Below are positions 17,941 through 27,615 of a DNA stretch of 64,000 nt, one piece after another. The position numbers and the translations under genes are program-made. The DNA lies in IMG/VR virus record IMGVR_UViG_3300032288_003197, positions 8,340-72,339 of that record; one strand, written 5' to 3'. The DNA is from a virus. The notes beneath the pieces were generated by a model. It made no database searches. It was given only the letters and a program-made list of their open reading frames with translations, and had not been told where the DNA came from. Within the stretch, counting starts at the first letter, position 1. Every line of letters begins with the position of its first letter.

Positions 17941-18354
17941 TTATACCGCGGTGATGTCATCTACTCGATAGGTGTCAGATTCGTAGTCTGCACCGCCTCT
18001 TGGTCCTTCTGCAAATGCAATAAAGGTGCATCCATCTGGCCCTGCCCGCATGGCATGAATTTCAAAAGGCTCGCTGATGATCATATCACCAGCACTGGCC
18101 TGTAACACATTTGGAGGCTGATCGGTAATATACAAGTTTTTACTGTAGTATGTCAACGTGCCCGACATCACAAAAGTGTATTGTGTAGTCAACTTGTGAT
18201 AGTGATTACCACGCACTGCACCGGGCTGGTTGGTAATCACGCAACCGTGATTCATGTTGGCCTGATAAAAAATGTCAGTGATACTGCCGCGATCGTCTTT
18301 GAATGCACCAAGTCCAGGCAATCCGTGTTGGCTATAGATGTTGTAAGTTTTCAT
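17941..18354 (-). CDS. cupin-fold nucleotide-sugar isomerase/epimerase (FdtA/WxcM/RmlC-like)
   Basis: DDRGSI, VRGNHYHK, EIHAM. Confidence 0.75.
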   Translation of the reverse strand: MKTYNIYSQHGLPGLGAFKDDRGSITDIFYQANMNHGCVITNQPGAVRGNHYHKLTTQYTFVMSGTLTYYSKNLYITDQPPNVLQASAGDMIISEPFEIHAMRAGPDGCTFIAFAEGPRGGADYESDTYRVDDITAV

Positions 18355-19577
18355 TGTGAAATAAATCTTGTGTTGGGGTTGATATTTAATATGGCGCGGC
18401 GCAGGCCCTCACCAATGTTCCAGCTCAAAATCAAAGCATATGGTTGTCGATGTTGGGCAAACTCTTCGTCTCCAACAACAGGAATTCTGGTCAACGGCGT
18501 AAACTTGCCCTGTTTGTGTTCACTGGCATCAGTTATGCAGTGAATCACTGTGTTGTCAAGCCCATGCCACTTCAGCCATGTGTTGGCTTTGGCGGCAGCC
18601 CCCACACCAATTACCACTGCATCGGGATCTTGTTCCAGCAAATTATAAAAATTGGCCAACCAGGTGACCTTGGCTTTTTCAAATTTGCGCTGTAGGCCTT
18701 GATAAAAATCGGGATCAAATAGTCCCATTTGGGTTTCTTGGCTGATGGCCTGTTGAATTTTGTCAGGCATGCCAGCACCTGTGGCATGTCTGGCGAATAC
18801 TCTCAAACTGCCGCCGTGATAGTCAACCACATCAAAATCAACTATTTCTAATCCGGCTGCCTGTAGCACACTGCTGGCCATTTTGACAGTGAAATAAGCG
18901 GGATGCTCATGATACACCATGTCAGTGAATCTGCCGGACTCAATCATGCTGAGCCAATACGGAACTTCAAACACAAACTCACCAGCAGGAGCCAGCAGTT
19001 TTGCCACACTGCGAGCAAATGCCACAGGGTTGTTGGCATGGTTGAACACATTGTTGGCAATCACAGTTTGGGCTGTTCCATGTCGCGATCGTATCAGTTC
19101 AGCGGTGCTGTTATCAAACAAGGCATGCACAGTTTCAACACCTCGAGCCTGGCTCAATGCACACATTTCTGCACTGCTGTCCACAGCCACTGCTTGATCA
19201 AACTGCGAAACAAGATACCCGTCGTTGCTGCCAATCTCAACCACAAGTCCCGAACGCCCACGATGTTTGATTGTTTGAACATATTCGTCCCAGTGGTCTC
19301 TAGCAGTCTTGCTGTTGCTGGAGGTGTAACTGTAACTGTAGAGATTGTAACGGTCTTCGGCTGAACTTAGATAGCCCAACTGTATACTGCCAGTGTCACT
19401 GTTCAAGAAAACCTGTAGTGGAAACACTGGTTCACTGAGATGAAGTTGGTCGGCCCTGACAAAAGTGTCAGCATAGGCATGCTGACCAAAATCAAGTATT
19501 TTTACAACCGGCTGTTGGGAAACTACACATTTGGTAACCGCATCACTCACAGTTATATTATTTTTTGACAACACCAT
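18351..19577 (-). CDS. NDP-hexose C-methyltransferase (class I SAM-dependent)
   Basis: VEIGSNDGYL, NNVFNH, YHEH, HGGSLR, GAAAKANT, KQGKFTP; start uncertain. Confidence 0.85.
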   Translation of the reverse strand: MVLSKNNITVSDAVTKCVVSQQPVVKILDFGQHAYADTFVRADQLHLSEPVFPLQVFLNSDTGSIQLGYLSSAEDRYNLYSYSYTSSNSKTARDHWDEYVQTIKHRGRSGLVVEIGSNDGYLVSQFDQAVAVDSSAEMCALSQARGVETVHALFDNSTAELIRSRHGTAQTVIANNVFNHANNPVAFARSVAKLLAPAGEFVFEVPYWLSMIESGRFTDMVYHEHPAYFTVKMASSVLQAAGLEIVDFDVVDYHGGSLRVFARHATGAGMPDKIQQAISQETQMGLFDPDFYQGLQRKFEKAKVTWLANFYNLLEQDPDAVVIGVGAAAKANTWLKWHGLDNTVIHCITDASEHKQGKFTPLTRIPVVGDEEFAQHRQPYALILSWNIGEGLRRAILNINPNTRFISQ

Positions 19578-20448
19578 TCCTGACATCCTCACTTCTTTGA
19601 TCCGGTTCAACGGATATTATTTGGCCTTGGTCGTCTAGTCTCATCACGAATTGGCTCATTTGTCGATTGACATCTAGTTCGGCCAATTTTTGCCAGGCAT
19701 AGTTTTTGCCGCTTTTGACACCTTCCCACCAAGAAGTATCCAGGCCCAGTGTTTTCATGTATTCAGCAATGGCGTTGCATCGTTCCACTCGAAGAAATGT
19801 ATTTTGCGGATAATGAAAGTCAATGGGGTTGGTTGGGTCACCTTCAAATCTCACCTTGGGCTTGAGCGGATCCTTTTCATCCTTGGTGAGTTCGACTTGA
19901 TTGTGCACAACATCAACGTCAACGACCTGCATGAGATCCAACAGAAAAGCAATCTGACTCAACTCAGCATCAATCATTTGATGTCTGCTGAGCTCTTGTG
20001 TGAGCTCATACCATGCTCGAGGAACTATGGGAAAAATACTGTAGGGATGATCGTTGTGAGTGTGAACTTTCAGCAATCGAAATTGGCCGGTGTATTGACC
20101 AATAACAGTGTCCCAGCCCTGCGTCTGCATCACAGCATCGTCATTCCACACAAACAGCCAGTCTGACGAAGTTGACTTGGCCAAATGATTGTAATATCTA
20201 TTGAGTCCAGCATAGCCCATGCTTTTGAACACCTGAGCCTCGTAGACAACTTCGTGCTGATCTAAAAATGGTTGAATAACTTTGGCAAAGTGATCCAGGC
20301 CCACCTGATCGTCGTCATCAAAGCCAAACAACAATTGTATGCGTGAAACGTCGTCGGCTAGATTTACAATGCTGGTCACACTAGAAGTCAATGCATCAGT
20401 GCGACTGCGGGTGGGCAGCAAAACTGCTATGCTGTATTCGTTGGTCAT
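19558..20448 (-). CDS. GT-A (GT2-like) glycosyltransferase
   Basis: VLLPTRSR N-terminus and WNDD (DxD-like) motif. Confidence 0.75.
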   Translation of the reverse strand: MTNEYSIAVLLPTRSRTDALTSSVTSIVNLADDVSRIQLLFGFDDDDQVGLDHFAKVIQPFLDQHEVVYEAQVFKSMGYAGLNRYYNHLAKSTSSDWLFVWNDDAVMQTQGWDTVIGQYTGQFRLLKVHTHNDHPYSIFPIVPRAWYELTQELSRHQMIDAELSQIAFLLDLMQVVDVDVVHNQVELTKDEKDPLKPKVRFEGDPTNPIDFHYPQNTFLRVERCNAIAEYMKTLGLDTSWWEGVKSGKNYAWQKLAELDVNRQMSQFVMRLDDQGQIISVEPDQRSEDVRNGVVKK

Positions 20449-20475
20449 TGTAAAAATTTTTATATGCGTATATTA

Positions 20476-20979
20476 TTATGCAAATAAATCTTCGTTCCAC
20501 TCACGGTGGCCTTCACGGAAAGCCATGTTGGCCTGTGTTTCGCGAACTTCTACTCTATAGCACCACAAGCGAGCAGCCTCTCCTGGCCCCCACATTTCGG
20601 GAATGTAAACACCGTTGACATATTTGTAAAGCATGTCACTAAGACCTTCACAGCCCAATTTAGGCAGCACCACAATTTTGGCCATGTTACGCTCTTGTAG
20701 CAATTGGAACGTGGCCATCTCAGGGTCGTCTTGTGCCACAATAAGTGTGTGGTCAAACTGATCTTCTAATGTCTTCTTTAGTTCTTTGAGTCCACCATAA
20801 TCAGCCGCCCAGTTGCGAACGTCTAGATCGTTGGTGCCAAAGTAAAATTTCATAGAAAAACTATAACCATGAATGAGATTACAGTGACTATCAGCACGCC
20901 ATTGGCGATAAGCGCAGGGAAAAGCATCATGATACTCCTTTGTGCTGGTATATTTGTAAGTTACGGGTAGATTTGCCAT
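20476..20979 (-). CDS. queD: 6-carboxy-5,6,7,8-tetrahydropterin synthase
   Basis: HCNLIHGY, FDHTL, VEVRET (T-fold QueD motifs). Confidence 0.88.
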   Translation of the reverse strand: MANLPVTYKYTSTKEYHDAFPCAYRQWRADSHCNLIHGYSFSMKFYFGTNDLDVRNWAADYGGLKELKKTLEDQFDHTLIVAQDDPEMATFQLLQERNMAKIVVLPKLGCEGLSDMLYKYVNGVYIPEMWGPGEAARLWCYRVEVRETQANMAFREGHREWNEDLFA

Positions 20980-21059
20980 ATTGTCCTCCTATGTACTATA
21001 GCATAGGCAGCAGAGTTTGTATAGCGGGATGATGCCGGACAGGCCGCATAGAGAAATAT

Positions 21060-21464
21060 TTAGTTGGGTTTTTGATAGCCTGCAGTTTTGTAATTCTGCT
21101 GACCAAAAATAACACCACGAACACCGCCAGTGGGATCGTCACAGTCGCCGTGTTTGCGTGGAATCAAATGCACATGTGGATACATCACTGTTTGTCCAGC
21201 TGCTTGACCTTGATTTAGGCCAATGTTGAAACCATCGCAATGATTGTTTGCTACCCAGTCACGACCGGTAGACAAAGCAAGTTCCATGGCTTCTGCAATT
21301 GATTGGTCGGTGTTGAATCGAGGCACAAACAGCAAATGACCTTGTGTGACCGGATAAGCATCTCGAAACACTGCCACGTGTAAATTGCCAAGTTCAGGAA
21401 CGCTGTGGGTCCAAGGTGCCACATTGGCCTCTTGTGCGGCTGTCAACGTTGTGTATAAAATCAT
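21060..21464 (-). CDS. HIT family nucleotide hydrolase
   Basis: AGQTVMYPHVHLIPR. Confidence 0.9.
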   Translation of the reverse strand: MILYTTLTAAQEANVAPWTHSVPELGNLHVAVFRDAYPVTQGHLLFVPRFNTDQSIAEAMELALSTGRDWVANNHCDGFNIGLNQGQAAGQTVMYPHVHLIPRKHGDCDDPTGGVRGVIFGQQNYKTAGYQKPN

Positions 21465-21488
21465 TTTTGTTTTTCCTAATGAGTGACG

Positions 21489-23861
21489 TTAAAGATTAAA
21501 CTTAAAAGTTGCCTTGGCTTGGTAAGCTTTCTGATCATTGATCACTGCACCAATATTGAACAAATGCTTTCCTACTTTCCAAGTGTAATCCGATCCGACA
21601 AACGTCACTGCTTGGTTACGAATTGCAACACTGTGTGTAGTATAATGCATGGTTCCCTGTGTGTCAACGGAAGTTGGCAATTTTACTTTTATATTGCCGC
21701 TGAATGCAGTGGGTTGTAGACCACCATACACTGTAAGTCCGTTGCCTTTCCATCCTCCCACAACATAGCCCAACCACATGGGAGAAATTTTTTCAACTAA
21801 TCCAGGTGTGAGGTCCACCATGGATTGAATTGTGCCCAGTTGCCCAAAAAATCCATTGTTCCAAAATCTCGTGGCATTGAAATCATACATTGTGGTTCGA
21901 TTTATGCTGCCAAACATACCACCCACACTGATCCACGGATTGCCTTTTTGCAACACTGCCACACCCATGCGATATACCCACGACGAGTTGGTATTTAGAT
22001 CAAGGGCTTTGTTGGTAAAACTCAATGAATACGACGACTCGTCGCTGCCACTGAGGCTAAATCCATTGACGTTGTAATTTTCCGCACCGGTAAATCTGCT
22101 GCTCCAATTTTGAGTAATGTCAGAAGTGTATAGATTAAATTTGATTGGAATGCCCAAGGGCTGCGGCGCCATGCCCTCAAGATTTACAGAAAAATTTCGA
22201 TTCAACGAATCAACGGCTTGAATGTTGTTCAGCAGTGCAGAATTCATTCCAGGAACACTCAAAGAACCATTGATGGGAATCCTGTGTCCTGTTCGACCGT
22301 TCAAAGTAATTGCCAGTGTGCCAATGGGCTTCATCACTGCGTCGAAGTCTATGACCGGAATGCCATCTACCCAGTTTACAACAGATTTGGCCAACGCTGA
22401 GTTGGCCTCTGCCGGACTCATCCAGGGCCATGCTTGTTGTAACACTGCCACAGTGGCTGGTGCAGTCACAGTTCCGGTTGAACCGATCAAACTTAGATAA
22501 ACAGCAATCTGCGGCGCACCGTTGGCATCAGTGGTTTCAACACCGGTCATTAAGTATCGTTTCCCCTCAGGTCCCGATACTATGGCAATGGCCTGATTTT
22601 GTATTGCACCAGGAGTCATTGCCTTGGTTTGATTGGCAAAATCGGTAAACACCTGACTGTAACTTTCAACAAACTTGCCTTCTTTGGTGGCCAGCAACAC
22701 AGATGTAGACGCCTGGCCGGTGTAATCTGTGGCTGAAATCAAAATGTCCATCAGCCCGTCGTTGTTGACGTCAATCAACTGTGGGTTATACGTTGTGGTT
22801 TTGTTGGTGTTGTAGTTGACCAGCACTGTATCAGTCACATCGACAAATCTACCACTGCCGTAGTTTTTAAGAAACTGCACTTCGCTATAGCCATGTGCAT
22901 TACTGCCCTTGGGCATGGTGCTGAACACCACAACATCTGGCACACCGTCGTTGTCAAAATCCATGGTAATGTTACGAACTGCGTGTGGAGCTAGACTGGT
23001 CGACGCACGAACTGTGTTCCATTTGGGCAACATAAATCTGTCCGGAGGCAGGTCTGCAATTTTTGTAAGAACCAGTTTGCCATTTTCGATTTTCCAAGAA
23101 AATAGCCTGGTGTCATCACCACCACTAGTGCCTTGTGGAGAATCAGTGATTACCATGGTTTTGGTTCCGTTGCCTAAGTAGTCAGCAACACTGATACCCG
23201 CACCACCGCCAAAATTATCGCTGCGATACACCGTGAAGTTGCCAGACCTTGATCCAAATGCCACAGCGGGTTTGGTGTTTAAAATATCAGTGACAAAAAT
23301 GTCAGCAATGCCATCACCGTTGAGATCTGTTACAATACTGTCGTGCGCACCCACATCGCCAAGATTCACATTGACTCGGGTGAAACTGCTGCCGTTGTTG
23401 AAAAACACAGGCATGGGCGCGGTGATGTTGGTGTCCGAAAACGTGGCAGCAAACATATCAATCTTGCCATCACCGTTGAAATCGCCAAATCTAATTGTGG
23501 TGCCGCCCAGGTAACGAGTGTCTGTGCCCGAAAGCCATCTAGTGGTTTCGTTTGAAAATTTACCTGTGTTGAATCCGTAAATTTGTAAATTGGAATCTTT
23601 CCACCCACCTGGTTTGTTTTGACTGTTGAACGCCACCGACGAAACAACAACTTCGTCGCTGTTGTCGTTGTTCAAGTCTCGGGTGAAAATTTCTGTAACA
23701 GGTGTTGTATAGGACGAAGTTACAACGGGATTGTAGTGGTTAATGGCTTGGGGCGCATAAAAAGGAACTTCCGAGCGGAGGTATCCACCAGCGGTCCCGC
23801 CACCACCACCACACCCAGTTAAAACCAAAGTTGACAGAAAGAGCGCAACAATTTTTTTCAT
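21489..23861 (-). CDS. FG-GAP/VCBS-repeat lipoprotein with a beta-rich C-terminal domain
   Basis: Lipobox VLTGC; repeated DxNxDGxxD motifs; ends AKATFKFNL. Confidence 0.8.
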   Translation of the reverse strand: MKKIVALFLSTLVLTGCGGGGGTAGGYLRSEVPFYAPQAINHYNPVVTSSYTTPVTEIFTRDLNNDNSDEVVVSSVAFNSQNKPGGWKDSNLQIYGFNTGKFSNETTRWLSGTDTRYLGGTTIRFGDFNGDGKIDMFAATFSDTNITAPMPVFFNNGSSFTRVNVNLGDVGAHDSIVTDLNGDGIADIFVTDILNTKPAVAFGSRSGNFTVYRSDNFGGGAGISVADYLGNGTKTMVITDSPQGTSGGDDTRLFSWKIENGKLVLTKIADLPPDRFMLPKWNTVRASTSLAPHAVRNITMDFDNDGVPDVVVFSTMPKGSNAHGYSEVQFLKNYGSGRFVDVTDTVLVNYNTNKTTTYNPQLIDVNNDGLMDILISATDYTGQASTSVLLATKEGKFVESYSQVFTDFANQTKAMTPGAIQNQAIAIVSGPEGKRYLMTGVETTDANGAPQIAVYLSLIGSTGTVTAPATVAVLQQAWPWMSPAEANSALAKSVVNWVDGIPVIDFDAVMKPIGTLAITLNGRTGHRIPINGSLSVPGMNSALLNNIQAVDSLNRNFSVNLEGMAPQPLGIPIKFNLYTSDITQNWSSRFTGAENYNVNGFSLSGSDESSYSLSFTNKALDLNTNSSWVYRMGVAVLQKGNPWISVGGMFGSINRTTMYDFNATRFWNNGFFGQLGTIQSMVDLTPGLVEKISPMWLGYVVGGWKGNGLTVYGGLQPTAFSGNIKVKLPTSVDTQGTMHYTTHSVAIRNQAVTFVGSDYTWKVGKHLFNIGAVINDQKAYQAKATFKFNL

Positions 23862-23893
23862 AAAAATAGGTGCAGATAGTTAATCATACACCT

Positions 23894-23922
23894 ATTATAA
23901 ACGATTTTTAATTTTTAGTCAA
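23894..23922 (-). promoter_or_regulatory. sigma70 promoter for the FG-GAP lipoprotein gene
   Basis: TTGACT-N17-TATAAT. Confidence 0.75.
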
Positions 23923-23924
23923 AT

Positions 23925-24626
23925 TTATCGTGGTGCAAAGTCCTGTTGCAGTTTGATATTGTCAAAGAATTCTTTCTTCACGCTTTGGTCTGTTTTAAAG
24001 GCACCGTGAAGCACTGTGGTCTGGGTGAGACTACTATGAGCCATAATACCACGATTCTCACAACAACCATGGGTAGCTTGTATATAAACGGCCACATCTT
24101 GAGATCCGGTTGCGCTCCTGATTTCACTAGCGATATCCATACATAGTTCTTCTTGGAGAGTACCACGTCGTGCACACCACTGGGCAATACGGGTGTACTT
24201 GGAAAGACCAATGAGTTTGGGACCAGCAATGATTCCAATATAAGCCACACCCGAGACAGGTTGGTGATGATGGCTACACATGCTCTTAAGCTCCGAACGC
24301 ACCACAAGCATACCGTCGTATGCTCCTTCCGTGTCGTTCGGGAAAGCCGTTGCATTAGGGCTCTCCTCGTACCTACCAGCCATGATTTCATATACATACA
24401 TCTTTGCTAAACGTCGGGCTGTGCCTTGTGAGTTCGGATCATTGAATCGATCAATAATCAAACTATCTAGTACCCCTTCAAACTTGCCAGTGAGTTCATC
24501 CACTAGCAAGTCTTTCTCTTTGTCAGTGATGTATTCACTGATGTTGTCTCCGGCCCAATAACGTTTGTCTGCGTCCGTAAGGCGTTTGCGAATTACTTGT
24601 GATAGATTCAAACTGTTGTCGGTCAT
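23925..24626 (-). CDS. folE: GTP cyclohydrolase I
   Basis: SMCSHHHQP, IGLSKYTR, LQEEL, HGCCENRG. Confidence 0.95.
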   Translation of the reverse strand: MTDNSLNLSQVIRKRLTDADKRYWAGDNISEYITDKEKDLLVDELTGKFEGVLDSLIIDRFNDPNSQGTARRLAKMYVYEIMAGRYEESPNATAFPNDTEGAYDGMLVVRSELKSMCSHHHQPVSGVAYIGIIAGPKLIGLSKYTRIAQWCARRGTLQEELCMDIASEIRSATGSQDVAVYIQATHGCCENRGIMAHSSLTQTTVLHGAFKTDQSVKKEFFDNIKLQQDFAPR

Positions 24627-24627
24627 T

Positions 24628-25215
24628 TTAGTCCTTGATGGTGATTGTTCTTAAATCTGGATATACAACTTGTCGTGGTGGCGGGCAGTATTCTTTCAAA
24701 CCTTCCAGTAAAGCAATTCCTTGCATGGCTTCTTCAGGGGTAGGCTTGTAGTGATAACCAACTTCAAATTCATGCTGTGTTGCCCAGGGTGATATACTTA
24801 GATCGCGACCATCATACCGCATGCGAATCAGTCTACGATATGCTGTCTCGTCATCCAACAGTATAGCACCTCCGCGGCCTATGTGTAAAGGCTTGTCATG
24901 CCCAAAACTCAAACATTGCATTTGCCCAGTTCTATACATATTGGGTTCCAGTCGGCGAGCACTATCCCAAATTCGGGTACCGTGGAATTGATATTCGCCT
25001 GTCCACTCTTCTTCGCGGTAGTAGTATTTGATGCCCAGCTTGTGCATGGTCATGGGGATGCTCAAGTAGCTGTAAGGAGTCATTACCAATTCTTGCACAC
25101 GATCATACCGCAAACACAGTTCAATGGCATGAGTGCAGCAGTCGGTCATGACTGCATAAGGTGCACCAGTGAACTCAGCCAGCTCTTGTTCAAATTTTAA
25201 AATCTTATCGAACAT
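24628..25215 (-). CDS. short DegT/DnrJ/EryC1-like PLP-dependent aminotransferase
   Basis: FEQELAEFTG, CTHAIEL, WDSA, LSFGHDKP (PLP Lys), GGAIL; only ~195 aa. Confidence 0.75.
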   Translation of the reverse strand: MFDKILKFEQELAEFTGAPYAVMTDCCTHAIELCLRYDRVQELVMTPYSYLSIPMTMHKLGIKYYYREEEWTGEYQFHGTRIWDSARRLEPNMYRTGQMQCLSFGHDKPLHIGRGGAILLDDETAYRRLIRMRYDGRDLSISPWATQHEFEVGYHYKPTPEEAMQGIALLEGLKEYCPPPRQVVYPDLRTITIKD

Positions 25216-26152
25216 ACCAATTCCATGCATGGTTGATAACATCATTTAAATTGTGATTGCGCCAGGCCTGGCCCACTGCTGTATCAAATTTGTCGGGGTT
25301 GGCAGTGAGCATGGCAGGATCGCCTGCTCTTGCAGACACAACATCAATTTCTGGCAGCCGTCCCACAACCTCTTGAACACTGTTGATTATTTCACGCACA
25401 CTGGTGCCTGACCCTTGTGCAAGATTGTAAGCGCCACTCTTGATACTGGAATTCAAGGCCAAGATGTGTGCATGGGCAATATCATCCACGTGCACATAAT
25501 CTCTAACACAGGTACCATCTGTAGTGGGATACCCGTCGCCGTAGATGGAAAATTTGCTGTTGTCTCGTGTGGCTTCGAGTAATCGAGCAACCACGTGTGT
25601 TGCCCCAGGTTCTTGACCGTGCCTGCACTGGGGGTCAGCACCGCAGGCATTGAAATAACGAAATGCCACGTAGTCCAGGCCATATGCTCGATGGTAACTG
25701 GCCAAGATTTGTTCTATCATGCGTTTGCTCTCGCCATAGGGAGATATTGGTTCGCAAGGATCAACTTCGTGACAAGGATTCATGATGGGTTCACCGTAAA
25801 CAGCAGCACTGCTACTAAACACAAACCTCACCCGCGGTAGAGCCAGTCGCACAATGTCCAACAATTTTAATGTCTTTACTACATTGTTGTTGTAGTATTC
25901 GGCTGGGTTTTTCATGCTTGGTCCAACCAAACTGGTGCCGGCACAGTGTATGATGGCTGTGGGCTGTACTTCAATCATTTTGGTCAATGCTTCTTTTTCT
26001 GCAAAATCGCCTTGCACAAATTTAGTAAATGCTGACGCAATGCCAGAGTGAGCAGGACGCAGGTCAATGCCCATGACCTTTTGTCCAGCATCGGCCAGTT
26101 TCAATGCAATTTGTCCACCAATATAACCAGCGGCTCCTGTTACAACAATCAT
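25205..26152 (-). CDS. galE: UDP-glucose 4-epimerase-like
   Basis: GAAGYIG, FSSSAAVYG, YGESK, RYFNACGA, DGTCVRDYVHV. Confidence 0.9.
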   Translation of the reverse strand: MIVVTGAAGYIGGQIALKLADAGQKVMGIDLRPAHSGIASAFTKFVQGDFAEKEALTKMIEVQPTAIIHCAGTSLVGPSMKNPAEYYNNNVVKTLKLLDIVRLALPRVRFVFSSSAAVYGEPIMNPCHEVDPCEPISPYGESKRMIEQILASYHRAYGLDYVAFRYFNACGADPQCRHGQEPGATHVVARLLEATRDNSKFSIYGDGYPTTDGTCVRDYVHVDDIAHAHILALNSSIKSGAYNLAQGSGTSVREIINSVQEVVGRLPEIDVVSARAGDPAMLTANPDKFDTAVGQAWRNHNLNDVINHAWNWYVR

Positions 26153-26164
26153 GATACTCCTGCT

Positions 26165-27379
26165 TTAGTTTTCAATTTTTACAACCGGATATTTTTCGTG
26201 AGCAACGTGGTCACGATAGCGATTGCCCGCTCGATTCCACTGCTCACCTTGTCCAAGAATAATGTCAACCACACGATCCACAGTGGCATTGTTCCAGTCG
26301 CTAATAAGTCCCATGTTGTGATGTGGTTCTCGCAATAGGTTTTGTAACTTGTGATAAGCATCATCTATGCTCCATGGTACATAAAGACGGTTGGGGTCAT
26401 TAGCAAAGGTTTCAGGGAAAGAGCGATACGCTGGATACAATACATTGCATCCAAGAGTATCGGCCTCTGATACGGTGTTTGAAACCCAGTCCTGTAGAGC
26501 ACAATTAAACAACACACGAGTATCGTTGACAAGAGCATAATACTGATCCTTCTTCAAGTTATCATAGATCTTGAGCCGGCCCTCTGCCTCCATACGGCGG
26601 GCACGAACAATATACTCTGGGTTATTGGATCTGAGAGGTCCGCCACTGAAAATTGCAAATTCACATGGTTCCTTGGCAAGCTCACCATACATTTCAATAA
26701 GGTCCATGAAAAAGCCAGGTTGCTTTTCTTGGTCAAAGCGAGCTGCGAAGCCAACCCTGCGGGCCCGCTGAGCAAAGGGCGTAATTTTTGTCCGTCCTCC
26801 AATGCGCTCAAGAACTTCTTCTTTTCCAAATGCAAGACCGGAAATGTTGTAGATCGGAGCAGTCCACCCAGCAATCCGCATGTGAGCGACCATTTCTTCG
26901 TTGGTTGCAAGAACTGCGCCACCACTGAACGCCACCACCTCATTGACCATTTGTTCATATAGATTCATCCACTTGCTCATACCCCACACATGCACAAAGT
27001 CATCGGGATCAATGGCCTGTGCCAAACAGCGAACATAGATTCGGGGACATTGTTCGCGTGGAATCTGGTTCATGATGTAGCCCAGACTTTCAAAGCCAGG
27101 CTGGAACATATCTTCAAAGTAGATCACATCCTCACCGGTGACTTCTCCGTTCTTCATGAGTTGAACCAAGTTCATCATTTGGCTCATGGAGAAGTAACTG
27201 CGGCCATGTGCATCCAACACTTGCCCCACACTGATAGCCTGTGTGTTGTCAATGGTGTTGCCAGGCACATAAACAACGTCCAAGCCACGGCGCTCAAACA
27301 CACGACGATTCCACTCAGTGAGTTGCAGTGTGTATCGGGCTTCGTAACTTTCCAAGCCCATGTAATACAGTTTTCTCAT
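26165..27379 (-). CDS. GT-B fold glycosyltransferase (GT4-like)
   Basis: ARFDQEKQP and VSEADTLGCNVL (E-A-x-x-x-G motif); start moved to MRKLYY. Confidence 0.7.
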   Translation of the reverse strand: MRKLYYMGLESYEARYTLQLTEWNRRVFERRGLDVVYVPGNTIDNTQAISVGQVLDAHGRSYFSMSQMMNLVQLMKNGEVTGEDVIYFEDMFQPGFESLGYIMNQIPREQCPRIYVRCLAQAIDPDDFVHVWGMSKWMNLYEQMVNEVVAFSGGAVLATNEEMVAHMRIAGWTAPIYNISGLAFGKEEVLERIGGRTKITPFAQRARRVGFAARFDQEKQPGFFMDLIEMYGELAKEPCEFAIFSGGPLRSNNPEYIVRARRMEAEGRLKIYDNLKKDQYYALVNDTRVLFNCALQDWVSNTVSEADTLGCNVLYPAYRSFPETFANDPNRLYVPWSIDDAYHKLQNLLREPHHNMGLISDWNNATVDRVVDIILGQGEQWNRAGNRYRDHVAHEKYPVVKIEN

Positions 27380-27381
27380 AC

Positions 27382-27606
27382 TCAACCCCTAGAGGTAGCA
27401 AATCGACGCAGGTCCTCACTCCACATGTTCTTGGCGTTCTTGCCTTGTGTGAATTTGTTGAACTGTTGCCATGCATAGCTCTTGAAGTTGTAGAGATCTG
27501 ACTCATTGTAACGATACCCGTAGTCTTGACAGAACTCCAAGAATTTGTCAAGGTCGTTGAAAATCTCAGCAACACGGGGATTGGGTTTGAACGATGGCTT
27601 GGCCAT
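27382..27606 (-). CDS. hypothetical protein
   Basis: AAGGA SD; compact ORF. Confidence 0.7.
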   Translation of the reverse strand: MAKPSFKPNPRVAEIFNDLDKFLEFCQDYGYRYNESDLYNFKSYAWQQFNKFTQGKNAKNMWSEDLRRFATSRG

Positions 27607-27615
27607 TTTATTTCC

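Noticed and set aside
20980-21056. Short 16S-like words on the plus strand (AGGCAGCAG, AGAGTTTG, GGGATGA), and similar 7-9-mers in the dctP and HNH leaders
   Set aside because: Matches of 7-9 nt to ~4.5 kb of rRNA are expected by chance. Not claimed without a statistical test, although worth including in the test proposed for 35301-35375.
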